From: a virus
DNA length: 64,000 nt
Strand: one strand, 5' to 3'
IMG/VR virus record: IMGVR_UViG_3300030616_000506
Location: 64,001-128,000 of that record
Under the pieces are notes generated by a model that was not told where the DNA came from, ran no database searches, and worked only from the letters and a program-made list of their open reading frames with translations. Positions 10,276-21,254 of this stretch are shown here, in pieces. Positions within the stretch are counted from its first letter, which is position 1; each line of letters opens with the position of its first letter. The position numbers and the translations under genes were made by a program.

Positions 10276-11360
10276 ATGAAGTTTTTATGTTCAGGTGGAT
10301 GTAACAATTTCCATACATACTCATTTATGGAGTGAGTCCTACAATCAGAATAACAAAACTTGTGGCAATCTATATTAGCATGTCTCTTTATTACTTCCTT
10401 ATATCTATCACTATGGAGTATATCAGTTAGTGAGTCTTTCATTAAGTCTCCTATTAGAAACTTATCCCACCATTCCTTCTCAAAGAACATACCACAGCCA
10501 AACACCTTACCATCACCACTAGTATATAATAAGAACGGAACTCCCATACAGTGATCATATTCTCTCTTACCTTCTCCCATTATATGACTCCATTTCGCTA
10601 TTACATTGTACTTTCCTTCACTCTGAGCTTCTGCCTCCTCTAGTATATCTGAAAAACTACTATAATTACCTAACTTATCGTATATCCCCAATCTGTTATC
10701 TCTTGTATCACTACATTGTTTTATGACATGATAATCAACACCTAACTCCTTTCCTAGCTTTGCTAGTGGAACCATTTCTTCTGCATCTCTTGGTGTTAGA
10801 ACAGATTGTAATCCTATTGTTACTGGTAAATCATTCTCTTCTTTCTTCTGCACACAAAATCTTATATTATTTATAACATCATCAAAAGATTTACTACCAT
10901 GTAATTTCCTATATGCATCATCACTAGCTGCACTAATATTAAATCTAATCCATGTTAATCTTTCAAGTGCATCTTCTCCATCCTTCCCTCTATTAAATAA
11001 TGCTCCATTAGTAGCTAGAGCCATATCCATACCAGATTTCTTACCTATTCTAATAGCATCATATACTGCTGGATTTAATAGAGGTTCTCCTTCTCCTACT
11101 AATCCCATAGATTTTACTCCTATGTCTCCGGCATCCTTTATATATTTTAATAAAGGTTTTCTAGGAAATATCTTATTATAACCCTTTTTATAGAAATTAC
11201 CCTGTATAACTCCAAAGCAATAATGACATCTTATATTACATCCTTTACTTAAACCTGCATCTATATGAAGAGGTGCAATTACTTCTCCATTTAACCATTT
11301 AGAAACTCTATCTGGATGCCACATCATTTTGTTTCCATCCATTAAATATCTATCTGTCAT
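10272..11360 (-). CDS. radical SAM/SPASM domain protein
   Basis: CNIRCHYC, GEGEPLLNP; paralog of 11370..12431. Confidence 0.88.
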   Translation of the reverse strand: MTDRYLMDGNKMMWHPDRVSKWLNGEVIAPLHIDAGLSKGCNIRCHYCFGVIQGNFYKKGYNKIFPRKPLLKYIKDAGDIGVKSMGLVGEGEPLLNPAVYDAIRIGKKSGMDMALATNGALFNRGKDGEDALERLTWIRFNISAASDDAYRKLHGSKSFDDVINNIRFCVQKKEENDLPVTIGLQSVLTPRDAEEMVPLAKLGKELGVDYHVIKQCSDTRDNRLGIYDKLGNYSSFSDILEEAEAQSEGKYNVIAKWSHIMGEGKREYDHCMGVPFLLYTSGDGKVFGCGMFFEKEWWDKFLIGDLMKDSLTDILHSDRYKEVIKRHANIDCHKFCYSDCRTHSINEYVWKLLHPPEHKNFI

Positions 11361-11369
11361 AATCTCATC

Positions 11370-12431
11370 CTATATAAAATTAATATGTTCTGGTGGATGT
11401 TTCAATACCCATAGAAATTCATTTATCTCATCGTGTCTACAAGTTAATAGGCAATTCTTATGTACATCTATCTTTTCTATTTCTTTCATTATATTATTAT
11501 ATTTCTCACTATTTAGAATATCCTTTATAGAATTTTCTTTGATATTACCTAAGCTCTTTCTATTAAGTGCTGAAAAACCACTACAAACATATACATCTCC
11601 AGTTCCTGACATCTGTAAAATAAAGTTGCCTCCATAACAAGTATCATAAGTCTTCTTCTGTTTTTTAATTTGTTCTCTCTTTATTATTACTTCATAAGCG
11701 TCAGTTGATAAACCTTCACATTCTCTGAATGTCTCTTCTAAAACATTCTTATCTGATATTATATATTTTTTATCTATTAAATCATTGAAAGTACACTGCT
11801 TTACCATAGCGTAGTCTACTCCTAACTCCTTTCCAATTTTACAGAAATTTATAATATCATCCTTTAGAGTAGATATAAGTACCATTTGTATACCTATGGT
11901 TATAGGTAGATTATATTTTTTCTTTATATCTACACACTTTTTTATATTCTCTTTAACTTTATAAAAATTATTCTTACTGGTATTTGCTGTTTTAGCATAA
12001 GTATCTGGACTTCCAGCTACCATATTAAATCTAATAAATGTCAATGCTTCCAAAAATTCTCTAAGACCTTCTTCCTTCATCAATATTCCATTGGTTGATA
12101 TTCCTATATCTAGTCCACATTCTTTGGCATTCGTAACCGCCTCATAGGCATTTGGATGTAACATGGGTTCTCCATCACCAAATACACCTATAGCCTTTAT
12201 ACCTATATCCTTACAATCTCTAAAGAATTTTTTTAATATATCCAATGGAATAAACTCTTTTTTAGTTTGATTATATGTAGCATATTCACAATATTTGCAT
12301 CCTATATTACAATTCTTAGTAAAACTCATATCAATATATAAAGGATAAATCTTCTTACCATTCATCCAATCCTGTACTCTATCAAGATGCCAATACAATT
12401 TGTGTCCTCCTATAAGATACTTATTCTCCAT
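11370..12431 (-). CDS. radical SAM/SPASM domain protein
   Basis: CNIGCKYC, GDGEPMLHP; shares HPPEHxNFI end with neighbour. Confidence 0.88.
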   Translation of the reverse strand: MENKYLIGGHKLYWHLDRVQDWMNGKKIYPLYIDMSFTKNCNIGCKYCEYATYNQTKKEFIPLDILKKFFRDCKDIGIKAIGVFGDGEPMLHPNAYEAVTNAKECGLDIGISTNGILMKEEGLREFLEALTFIRFNMVAGSPDTYAKTANTSKNNFYKVKENIKKCVDIKKKYNLPITIGIQMVLISTLKDDIINFCKIGKELGVDYAMVKQCTFNDLIDKKYIISDKNVLEETFRECEGLSTDAYEVIIKREQIKKQKKTYDTCYGGNFILQMSGTGDVYVCSGFSALNRKSLGNIKENSIKDILNSEKYNNIMKEIEKIDVHKNCLLTCRHDEINEFLWVLKHPPEHINFI

Positions 12432-13269
12432 AGTAGTCCTCCTTATAATCCTTTATGGCCTCTCTCCATGATCTCATCATAGATGTTTTTTCTGATAGTA
12501 ATCCGGTGTTTATATTCTTTCTTCCTTTATGTGGAAAGTTTTTATATGATGAGGGTTTCACTTCTTTATTCAATCTTAGTTCCTCTACTATAGATTTCAT
12601 AAATTCATATAGGGAAACCTTATCAGAATTTGATGTATGATATAATCCATACTCATAGTTCTGCTCTATAAGATCTCTAAGTTTTCTTGCAATATCCTTA
12701 TTATATGTAGGAGTACTATAAACATCATCTGCTATATTTAACACTCTTCTCTTATCGCTCTTTAACATTTTCTCTACGAATTGATTATCTCTTCCATTTA
12801 TACCAAATACTATAGGTAATCTTAAGATATAATATTTATCTCCTCCTTTCTTTATAAAATAATCTCCCATAGATTTTGTAATTCCATAGAGATTTAGAGG
12901 AGTTGGTAAATCAGACTCTACATATGGACCGTTATCTCCAAATACACTTTCTGTACTAAAATGTATTAATAAATAATTATATCTCCTAGATAGTTCAGTT
13001 AAGAACTTTGGATACATAGAATTTATTAATATTGCTTTCTTTGGATAATCCTCACATCTATCTATACCTTGGAAGGAGGTTGCATTTACTAATATATCTG
13101 GTTTATATTCTAACACCATTTCTTCTGTATCTTCAAAATTCTCTAGATTAAAATCCTTGCTATTTTTTCCTATAACTTCATAGTCTTCCTTAAATTCACT
13201 ATAGATAGCACTTCCAACTTTTCCAGTGTATCCTAATAATAACATTCTTTTCTTATTTGTAGTCTTCAT
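12421..13269 (-). CDS. dTDP-4-dehydrorhamnose reductase-like (RmlD family)
   Basis: GYTGKVG, HFSTESVF, PLNLYGITK, STPTY. Confidence 0.85.
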   Translation of the reverse strand: MKTTNKKRMLLLGYTGKVGSAIYSEFKEDYEVIGKNSKDFNLENFEDTEEMVLEYKPDILVNATSFQGIDRCEDYPKKAILINSMYPKFLTELSRRYNYLLIHFSTESVFGDNGPYVESDLPTPLNLYGITKSMGDYFIKKGGDKYYILRLPIVFGINGRDNQFVEKMLKSDKRRVLNIADDVYSTPTYNKDIARKLRDLIEQNYEYGLYHTSNSDKVSLYEFMKSIVEELRLNKEVKPSSYKNFPHKGRKNINTGLLSEKTSMMRSWREAIKDYKEDYYGE

Positions 13270-14500
13270 TTCTCTCTTTATTATATAACTCTATATCCTT
13301 AAACATTTTCTCAACATAATTATCAATATCCCTTCTCAACTTTACAACCTTATTTAGTTGAAATAAATCTCCAAATCTAATATTCTTATTCTTGTAATAA
13401 TCTTGCCATATTTTAGTTCCTGGATATGGAGTAAACCTATTTAGGGATATATAGGTAGGCTCTATTTTATACATAAGTTTTTCAGTTTTCTTTATATCTT
13501 CTAAAGTTTCAAATGGAAATCCTACCATAATATATGCATTCCACTTTACTCCTTCTTCATTTATTAATTTGGATTTTTTTATTATCTCTTCTATAGTTAT
13601 ATTCTTTCTTATCTCATCTAGTATACCTTGAGAACCACTCTCTACCCCAACAAATAATCTATCTCCTCCATACTCTTTGAAGGATTTAAGCATACTCCTT
13701 GATATGGGAGGTACTCTAGTTAATGCTCTAAATTTCAGTTTATTCTTCTTCATAATATTTCCTATGGTGTGGTATCTCTTCATATTTAATATTAAATTGT
13801 CGTCTAGCACCTTAATTGAGACTCGATCTCCGAATCTGTTAGCTATATCTTGCAATTCTTCTTCAATATATTTTATACTCCTGTACTCTATCTTCTTATC
13901 TAAATTCATGGAGTTACAACAATATGTACAGGAATTATGACATCCAACAGATGTCAGTATACAGGATATATCTCTAGGAGTATATTCTTCTGAATTCACT
14001 ATTAAATTTATATTGGGTCTTCTGTCAATCAAGTTTTTTATCTTAGGAACAACTTCATCAAATATCTTATTAAATTTATACTTAGGGTTGGATTGAAACA
14101 TAGCTTGTACATGAGTTCCCCCTAATATTATTTTTAAATTATTTCCAAATTCCTCCCTAGCTATTTCTGCTACTCTTCTTGATGACTCTATTTTAGGTGA
14201 TATAGAGGATATTCCCAATATGTCTGGAGAGTATTTCTTTATTGCATTTCTAATGTCCTTCCATATAGGTAATTTATCGTTCTCTAAATTCTTATAATAC
14301 TTAGGAAAACTCCTAATTAATTCTGATCTACTTAATGTCCTACAATTATTGTCTCTGACATCTCCGTCATATATATTAACTTCATACCCTAGCTTCTTAA
14401 AGTAGGTACCCACCAAGGTTATAGTTTGTGGATAGTACCATCTATCATAACCAAATAGTTTATAGTAAGGAGGTTCAATTAGTAGGACAGATTTGCTCAT
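13253..14500 (-). CDS. cobalamin-binding radical SAM enzyme
   Basis: VLLIEPP, ILGGTH, TSVGCHNSCTYC, GVESGS, MVGFPFET, FTPYPGT. Confidence 0.85.
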   Translation of the reverse strand: MSKSVLLIEPPYYKLFGYDRWYYPQTITLVGTYFKKLGYEVNIYDGDVRDNNCRTLSRSELIRSFPKYYKNLENDKLPIWKDIRNAIKKYSPDILGISSISPKIESSRRVAEIAREEFGNNLKIILGGTHVQAMFQSNPKYKFNKIFDEVVPKIKNLIDRRPNINLIVNSEEYTPRDISCILTSVGCHNSCTYCCNSMNLDKKIEYRSIKYIEEELQDIANRFGDRVSIKVLDDNLILNMKRYHTIGNIMKKNKLKFRALTRVPPISRSMLKSFKEYGGDRLFVGVESGSQGILDEIRKNITIEEIIKKSKLINEEGVKWNAYIMVGFPFETLEDIKKTEKLMYKIEPTYISLNRFTPYPGTKIWQDYYKNKNIRFGDLFQLNKVVKLRRDIDNYVEKMFKDIELYNKERNEDYK

Positions 14501-14979
14501 ACATCCCTATCCCTTCTTAAGCTTATGAAAGTAGGTTTCTTGTTGTAGTATGATTTGATTAATATTCTCTTAACTTCTTCTGAATTTTTAGGAAAACAAT
14601 AACTATCTATATTCTTAAACATAGTCATATAAGTTCCGTTATTTAATAATTCATGGGTTATTCCTTGACCAGGATAGTCTGCATATCCAATTAATTTAAC
14701 ATTAACATTTTGTTGATCTATATCTATTTTTATTTGCTCAAAAGCTCTTTCAGTTAAGAAAGGAGTTATTGTGTATATGTAAGGCTTATAACCTTCTAAT
14801 GCCATACCTGCAGCAATTCCTACCATACTTTGTTCACATAAACCTATATTAATAAATCTTTCAGGAAATTTATTTCTAAATTCATCAAATATTCTAAATC
14901 CTATATCTCCAACTATAAGTAATATATCATCATCTTTCTCTGCTAACTCTAACAGAGTTTCTGCAAATTGTCTACGCAA
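14497..14979 (-). CDS. transketolase-like, pyrimidine-binding subunit
   Basis: FPERFINIGLCEQSMVGIAAGMALEG, RAFEQI. Confidence 0.88.
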   Translation of the reverse strand: MRRQFAETLLELAEKDDDILLIVGDIGFRIFDEFRNKFPERFINIGLCEQSMVGIAAGMALEGYKPYIYTITPFLTERAFEQIKIDIDQQNVNVKLIGYADYPGQGITHELLNNGTYMTMFKNIDSYCFPKNSEEVKRILIKSYYNKKPTFISLRRDRDV

Positions 14980-15676
14980 TTAACTCACTATCCATAGGAA
15001 TTCTATTGTGCCATTCTGGATTATTCTCCATTATGGAGAATCCTTTGCCCTTTATAGTATTTGCTACAATAACATTATAATATTCTTCATTTAGAGTATT
15101 AAAACAAGTAGTTATCTCATCTAAATTATGTCCATCCACAAAAGATGTTATAGCTCCAAACGATTCTAATTTATCTCCTATATCATTTAATTTTAATATA
15201 TTTTTTGTATAATCCAAAGCTTGTATATTGTTTTTATCTATAATAACTACTAGATTATTTAATTTATGATGATTAGCTATTAGTAAACTTTCCCAAGTTG
15301 TTCCTTCCTGAAGCTCTCCATCACTTATTAAAACATATATTTTTCCAGCCTTATTAGTTAATTTTCTAGCCAATGCCATTCCAACTGCTATAGGCAATCC
15401 ATGTCCTAAACTTCCAGTAGTTGTATGTATTCCATTTTCTATATCTAGATCTGGATGTCCCTTATATATATTAGGATTATATCCTAACTCTCTAAGAACT
15501 GCATATAAAGCTAAACACCCATGACCCTTACTAAATATAAATCTATCTTTATCTGATAGAATATTATATATAGAAATTAGGATTTCTACACATGACATAG
15601 CAGGAGCTACATGTCCATTATTAGTTTCTCTTGATAATTTTATTATCTCTTCTCTGATTTGTTTTGGGTTAATCAT
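14972..15676 (-). CDS. transketolase-like, ThDP-binding subunit
   Basis: FSKGHG, TTGSLGHGL, SDGELQEG..N. Confidence 0.9.
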   Translation of the reverse strand: MINPKQIREEIIKLSRETNNGHVAPAMSCVEILISIYNILSDKDRFIFSKGHGCLALYAVLRELGYNPNIYKGHPDLDIENGIHTTTGSLGHGLPIAVGMALARKLTNKAGKIYVLISDGELQEGTTWESLLIANHHKLNNLVVIIDKNNIQALDYTKNILKLNDIGDKLESFGAITSFVDGHNLDEITTCFNTLNEEYYNVIVANTIKGKGFSIMENNPEWHNRIPMDSELIA

Positions 15677-16583
15677 TTAGTACCTTTTTTATGAATGAAT
15701 CTATCTTTTCATAATTTAGATATTCTTTATTACATGGATAACTACATGCAATAGCTCCAGCTACATTTCCTAAAAATGCTATTATCTCTAGAGGTGCATT
15801 TATAAAAGCTAATGGAGAGGTTAAAGATAAAAATGTATCTCCCGCTCCTATACTATCCAATATGGTATCTGTTAAAGCTGGCATTTTAACTATCTCTCCA
15901 TCTCTATATAAGATGCAACCATCTCTCCCTAAAGTTATTGCTACTGTTACTCCATTTTTTATTTTCTTTCTTAATATATCTTCTACACTATCATATTGAT
16001 TACTATATGCTAATCTAAGTTCATGTTGGCTAATACATATAAAGTTAGGTCTACTATATTTATTAATAGTACTCAATCCATTGTTACCTGCATTTCTTTG
16101 AACATTCAAAGCTATGAAGTTAGCTTTATCTTCAATGTTTGAAATAATATCATTCTTAAATAATCCATGCCCAAAATCAGCTATTATTACCATATCATAA
16201 AAAGGAAGATTAAAATTAATATTTCTAATGTCTATTTCATCATTTTTGATAACTGAATAAGTTTCAAATAATTTTTGATTATCTTCTATATATCTTGTTT
16301 TTTTTATTGTTTCTCCGTTAGTATTAAAATGGATATCAGAAAAATCTGTTAGATGGTTATAAATCGCTTTTACTCCTCCATCATAAATTTCTTTATATTC
16401 ATTTTTGAATGCTGCTATTGGAGATTTACCTGATTTACCTAAAGTGTAACCATATTGATATTCATCTATTATAGTCTCTCCTATAACCAATATCTTTAAA
16501 TGCTTTAGTTTGTCTATGTAACTTATAATATCATTATAAGAATACTTTTCCTTAAATATATTCAAATTATTCATTTCAACCAT
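15669..16583 (-). CDS. PfkB-family sugar kinase (HldE/RfaE kinase-like)
   Basis: VIGETIIDEY, ADFGHG, TLGRDG, DSIGAGDTF. Confidence 0.85.
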   Translation of the reverse strand: MVEMNNLNIFKEKYSYNDIISYIDKLKHLKILVIGETIIDEYQYGYTLGKSGKSPIAAFKNEYKEIYDGGVKAIYNHLTDFSDIHFNTNGETIKKTRYIEDNQKLFETYSVIKNDEIDIRNINFNLPFYDMVIIADFGHGLFKNDIISNIEDKANFIALNVQRNAGNNGLSTINKYSRPNFICISQHELRLAYSNQYDSVEDILRKKIKNGVTVAITLGRDGCILYRDGEIVKMPALTDTILDSIGAGDTFLSLTSPLAFINAPLEIIAFLGNVAGAIACSYPCNKEYLNYEKIDSFIKKVLND

Positions 16584-17497
16584 TTATCCATGAATTGAAT
16601 TATATTATTTTTATTTAAATCTTCATTCTTCTGTATCATCATGTATTTAGATTTATCTCTCCAAAAATGCATACTATCTCCATATACACCTTTAGCTTGT
16701 TTCCACCATTCTTTTCCTCTAGCTGGAGGCTTTCCATTTTTTTCTACTAGTGGAATATCCATTAATATCATAGGCTTATTTAGCATTTCCATCCAGCAGT
16801 CAGGTCCTGATGGTGGAGTTATACAAAATGATGAGTTATTTACTATACTTATAAATTTATTTATATCATTATTATAATAAGGTATCAATTTGTCAAAATA
16901 TTTATTTAAAGGTTTATAATGTTCTCCAGTTTGCCAATATTCATATTTATCACCATAATGTTCTTTAACTATTTTTACTAACTCTTTATATCTAAAAAAG
17001 TCTGAATTTCTCTGTGTATTATGAAATGGAGTATATCTTATATGAAATAATATATATGGTTTATCTATATTAGTCATCTTTAGTTCTATGTGAGGACTCT
17101 TATTATTTTCCATTCTATATTTATTTAAATAATTAAGAAAAGACATATGGCTATGAACCTTCCTTCCTTCTTTTTCTTCATAGAGAGGAGGAGAATCTTC
17201 ATAAAAAGTACCGTAATCATCTAGATATAATATTTGATCATATTCATCATAGGAATTTTTCCTATTTATAAATATTATTGGTAATATAGAGTCAGATTCA
17301 GGAAATTCAATATCGATCCTATTTCCTCTTATATCTGAGAACATATAATTTAATGGCCACTCTATAAATATATGATAATCTTCATACCCTAGCTCCTTTC
17401 CTTTATAATAACAAGCTTGTATTATATAAGCTAATTCTCCAAATCTTAATTTCCACTGTCTCTCTCTTCTTATAGCAAATAATATATTTTTATTCAT
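16571..17497 (-). CDS. putative GT-B glycosyltransferase (GT9-like)
   Basis: PYILFHIR..RNS, IVNNSSFCITPPSGP..LNKPMI. Confidence 0.5.
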   Translation of the reverse strand: MNKNILFAIRRERQWKLRFGELAYIIQACYYKGKELGYEDYHIFIEWPLNYMFSDIRGNRIDIEFPESDSILPIIFINRKNSYDEYDQILYLDDYGTFYEDSPPLYEEKEGRKVHSHMSFLNYLNKYRMENNKSPHIELKMTNIDKPYILFHIRYTPFHNTQRNSDFFRYKELVKIVKEHYGDKYEYWQTGEHYKPLNKYFDKLIPYYNNDINKFISIVNNSSFCITPPSGPDCWMEMLNKPMILMDIPLVEKNGKPPARGKEWWKQAKGVYGDSMHFWRDKSKYMMIQKNEDLNKNNIIQFMDKWLK

Positions 17498-18216
17498 AAT
17501 CTTAACTCCACTTCTTCTATATCTTCTGGATGTGATATTTCATTTAAATGTTCTGTCCAATATCCATTAAACTTTATACCATCATCTATCATTAAATTTA
17601 TTGTATTTGTAATTATCTTCTCATCAAATCTACTATCATAATGAGTTCTATCTATATAATCATAGACTCTATTATCAAAGTAATATGCTCCACAATTAAC
17701 GTAATTAGATGTAGGTCTAGTAGATTTCTCATTTATAAATTTTATTTCCCAGAAACCAAATTCTCTTAAGGGTTTTCCTTTATCTATTGTACCATACTCA
17801 TATAACCTATTAAATTTTTCTGTAAATAAAAGAGAGTTTTTCATCTTAATTAGATTATTTAATTCTGATTTATTGTATATTATATCACCTGATAGTACCA
17901 AGATATTCCTATTCTTTGTATGGGTTTTAGTTAACTTTATTGCATCTGCCGTTCCAGATAGTTTCTTTTGATGAATGAACTGTATATCCATATCACTATA
18001 GTTATATTTTATATAGGACTTTATTATACTTTCCTTATAGTTACTTATAATAAATATTTTATTTACATCTATGTCCTTTATAGCATCTAATAGCCAGCCA
18101 ATTATGGGTTTATTTTTAACTTCTACCATAGTCTTGGGTCTGTCTTCAGTTAAAGGCATTAATCTAGATCCTACTCCAGCTGCCATTATGATACAATCTA
18201 CTTTATTTTTCTGCAT
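17494..18216 (-). CDS. sugar-phosphate nucleotidyltransferase
   Basis: IMAAGVGSRLMPLTEDRPK, GTADA, LSGD. Confidence 0.9.
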   Translation of the reverse strand: MQKNKVDCIIMAAGVGSRLMPLTEDRPKTMVEVKNKPIIGWLLDAIKDIDVNKIFIISNYKESIIKSYIKYNYSDMDIQFIHQKKLSGTADAIKLTKTHTKNRNILVLSGDIIYNKSELNNLIKMKNSLLFTEKFNRLYEYGTIDKGKPLREFGFWEIKFINEKSTRPTSNYVNCGAYYFDNRVYDYIDRTHYDSRFDEKIITNTINLMIDDGIKFNGYWTEHLNEISHPEDIEEVELRL

Positions 18217-18868
18217 AAATCCACATCTCGTGATCCTTCACTCTTTCACAATTATATCCGTAATCTGTTAATATCTTGATTACATCATCAGTTGTTGTGT
18301 AATCATCATTAACTAGATGAGTAGATATACATATTTTACAATCATTATTTAATAATGTATTCCTTGCTCCTTCTAAGAATTTAACTTCAGCTCCCTCTAT
18401 ATTGGTCCATATATAATCTACATGCTCTATATGAAGATTCTTAACTATATCATCTAAAGCTGCAGTTCTTGCATATGCATAATCTTCTGATACTTTTCTG
18501 AAATCTTTGAGTAAGCTTCCAGCATTGCTATAAGATGATGGATAGAATTTCTCTCTAGAAGTTTTATTCCATAATCCCATTGGTAATATATATACATTAT
18601 TAAGATTAAAATTCCTCTTAATTATTTTTAGTTGTTCTAAATTTAATGGAACTGGTTCAAAGGAATACACTCTTCCTTCATTTCCTACTTTTTTAGAAAA
18701 ATATTGCATCATATCTCCATGAAATGCTCCACCATCTATAACAACTGATCCTTCCTCTATATCAAAATATTCTTCCAATACCCTATATCTCTCAGCTAGA
18801 TTTGAATAACTGAATCTAGAAATTAGTAAATCTAAATCATCTTTGTTTAATTTGACCATATTCTTCAA
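18203..18868 (-). CDS. FkbM family methyltransferase
   Basis: IDGGAFHG, SFEP, NIEGAE. Confidence 0.85.
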   Translation of the reverse strand: MKNMVKLNKDDLDLLISRFSYSNLAERYRVLEEYFDIEEGSVVIDGGAFHGDMMQYFSKKVGNEGRVYSFEPVPLNLEQLKIIKRNFNLNNVYILPMGLWNKTSREKFYPSSYSNAGSLLKDFRKVSEDYAYARTAALDDIVKNLHIEHVDYIWTNIEGAEVKFLEGARNTLLNNDCKICISTHLVNDDYTTTDDVIKILTDYGYNCERVKDHEMWIYAEK

Positions 18869-19754
18869 TTGCTTTTAATAACATATTAACACAAACATCT
18901 GGACTATAAGTTTTTAATATCTCTTGTCTACCCTTCCAATTAGGTTCTTTTGATATATCATTTATAACATCCTCAATTTTTGACCAATCCTTTAGAAACA
19001 TTACGTTTTCTAATTCTTTTATACCCGTAATAGGTGAGGCAATTACCTGAAGCTCCATAAGCATTGCTTCCTTTACAGTATTGGGAATACCATCACGATT
19101 GCCATCTTCAACAATTCTGGCAGGGAATAAGTATATACTATTCTCTTCATATAAATCTCTTAAATCTTCTCCAGATTTATGTCCTACAAATTTAACATTT
19201 GAATTTCTTGATTGTAATTGTGATTTAAGAGGTCCATCACCAAATATAGTTAAGTTATTTAGATGGATAATCCTATCTAATCCCTTTCTAGGAATCAAAC
19301 GACCTCCAGCTAAGACCCCACCCTCACGGGGGATTGGATGTGACCTCTTAAATAACTCTGTTCTCACACACATAGGTAAATAAACCAAGGGTTTATCTAT
19401 ACCTATTTCTTCAAAAAATTTCTTATGATAGAAACTCTGATAAGTTACGAACTTACAATTAGGATGTTTAGAAGCGTTAAGAAGAGTCCTGCCATTATCA
19501 GGAAAGACATCGTTAGTATGAGGAGAAATACAAAAAGGTACTCCTGACCTCTTGAAGTAATTGGCAACGTGGGAGTAATGGTAGTGAGCAAAATCCATCC
19601 ACCTAATATCAGACCCAGTAGGATGACTATTTCGAAGACTATAAACTCTAATATTAACATTTCTTCTCCTTAATTCATCTATTTCTAATTTAAACCAATG
19701 TTCAATATCATTTATACCTTGAGCATTAAAATAGCCTATTCGTAGCGGTTCCAT
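18837..19754 (-). CDS. GT4 family glycosyltransferase
   Basis: GRLIPRKG, FGDGPL, DGIPNTVKEAM. Confidence 0.85.
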   Translation of the reverse strand: MEPLRIGYFNAQGINDIEHWFKLEIDELRRRNVNIRVYSLRNSHPTGSDIRWMDFAHYHYSHVANYFKRSGVPFCISPHTNDVFPDNGRTLLNASKHPNCKFVTYQSFYHKKFFEEIGIDKPLVYLPMCVRTELFKRSHPIPREGGVLAGGRLIPRKGLDRIIHLNNLTIFGDGPLKSQLQSRNSNVKFVGHKSGEDLRDLYEENSIYLFPARIVEDGNRDGIPNTVKEAMLMELQVIASPITGIKELENVMFLKDWSKIEDVINDISKEPNWKGRQEILKTYSPDVCVNMLLKAIEEYGQIKQR

Positions 19755-20584
19755 TTATATCCATATATATCATTAATTTCATCTGGGCATTCTCCAATGT
19801 AATCTAATAGCTCATTTTTATATTTCATGTGTATGTATATTCTTTTATCTTTACAAATACTACCATCAAATCCTAAATCTCTTAATTTATTTAATAAAAA
19901 TTCTATATCCCTATACAAATATGCTTGTGTACAAAATCCAATCCCACTAGTCTTTCCATAGTTTGATCCATCTCCAATATACCATTGTCTTAAGGTTATA
20001 GGGGTTAATTTTAAATCTTTTGGAACTATTTTCTTATATAAAGAGTGCTCATTACATACAGGACATCTTTTAAATTCTAATTTGTTAATTTCAATTTCAC
20101 AATATGGACAAAATTTACTATTATTTAAATACCATTTATCATATAAAGTTTTTAATTCTCTATAACTTTTACTATAATAATGATATAAATTATAATTTCC
20201 CTCTTTTAACCATCTTTTATGGGAGGATTTATAATCATTTCCTATTCTTGTAATTCCATGTTTCTTTAATATAGAATCTAACCATTTAAGGTATTTACTA
20301 TATTTAGACGTATAAACTAATACTCCAGATTTATTATGTCTTAAATGTAAGCAACCATCTCCCAACAGTTCTCCATTAAGAAATTCTATTAATTTATCAT
20401 TTAATTTAATGTGATTTGCTCTATAATTATAACCTCTACTAGGTATATTTAATTTATATAACCAATTCCATATTGTAGTTGGCACAACGTGTTGCTCATC
20501 TGATATAGAATAGATTGATTTTCTCTTTATTACGTATTCGTTATACAACCAATCTTTATCTCTATAGTTTTTATTCATATACAA
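19736..20584 (-). mobile_element. free-standing LAGLIDADG homing endonuclease
   Basis: GELLGDG and WYIGDG motifs, N-terminal HTH, KIVP..LTP. Confidence 0.8.
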
Positions 20585-20949
20585 CTCACCAATAATTTAT
20601 CTAGTAATATTTCTATATCAGTTTCATAAAATTTAAAATCTCTATATCCTATCCATTTACTATTTTCTTTTTTATCTAATATACCATTGTATCTTTTAAA
20701 TTTACAATAGTGTAAATTTTGATTTATATGTTGCCAAGTGTAATGGATGCCACATCCTTTATTAAATAAGATTCTTTGGGTATGTAATAATTCTTTATTT
20801 GGATGAGATCTTTTTATTAATAACCATTCATCATTCTCATTTAATATTTCAAATTTTGTATCCTTTAACCAACTTGGATGATATGTTTCTTTATAATCTT
20901 TGATATTCATTTTTTCCACTGAGCGGTTATTCCTGAATAAAAACTCCAT
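20575..20949 (-). CDS. hypothetical protein
   Basis: ORF in coupled gene run; no motif recognised. Confidence 0.5.
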   Translation of the reverse strand: MEFLFRNNRSVEKMNIKDYKETYHPSWLKDTKFEILNENDEWLLIKRSHPNKELLHTQRILFNKGCGIHYTWQHINQNLHYCKFKRYNGILDKKENSKWIGYRDFKFYETDIEILLDKLLVSCI

Positions 20950-21254
20950 CTATTTAGAAATTCTTCTGGAGATATAGTTCTATCATCAACATATATTTCT
21001 CCACCAGGTTTACCAAATCTTAATTCGTGATATTTCACACCCCAATCTGATAATTGTTTTTTAGTTTCATCTAGCCAGTCTCTTTTATGTACTGATCCTC
21101 TAGCAGTAAATATAGTTATATGTTCTCCTGAGTCATATAACTCATTGATTTTCTTTATGATATCTTTTCTAGGAGTTGACTCCAAATACTCCCATGTATC
21201 AAAGTCATATGTTGTATCACAAATAGTTCCATCTAAATCAAATACCCATCTCAT
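20907..21254 (-). CDS. HAD-superfamily capsule-biosynthesis phosphatase
   Basis: FDLDGT, FTARG, GKP..YVDD; start reassigned to MRWVF. Confidence 0.85.
   Translation of the reverse strand: MRWVFDLDGTICDTTYDFDTWEYLESTPRKDIIKKINELYDSGEHITIFTARGSVHKRDWLDETKKQLSDWGVKYHELRFGKPGGEIYVDDRTISPEEFLNRWSFYSGITAQWKK

Noticed and set aside
19445-19660. Hydrophobic ORF nested in another frame of the GT4 gene
   Set aside because: Fully overlaps a conserved enzyme, with no SD or motif; likely a frame artefact.
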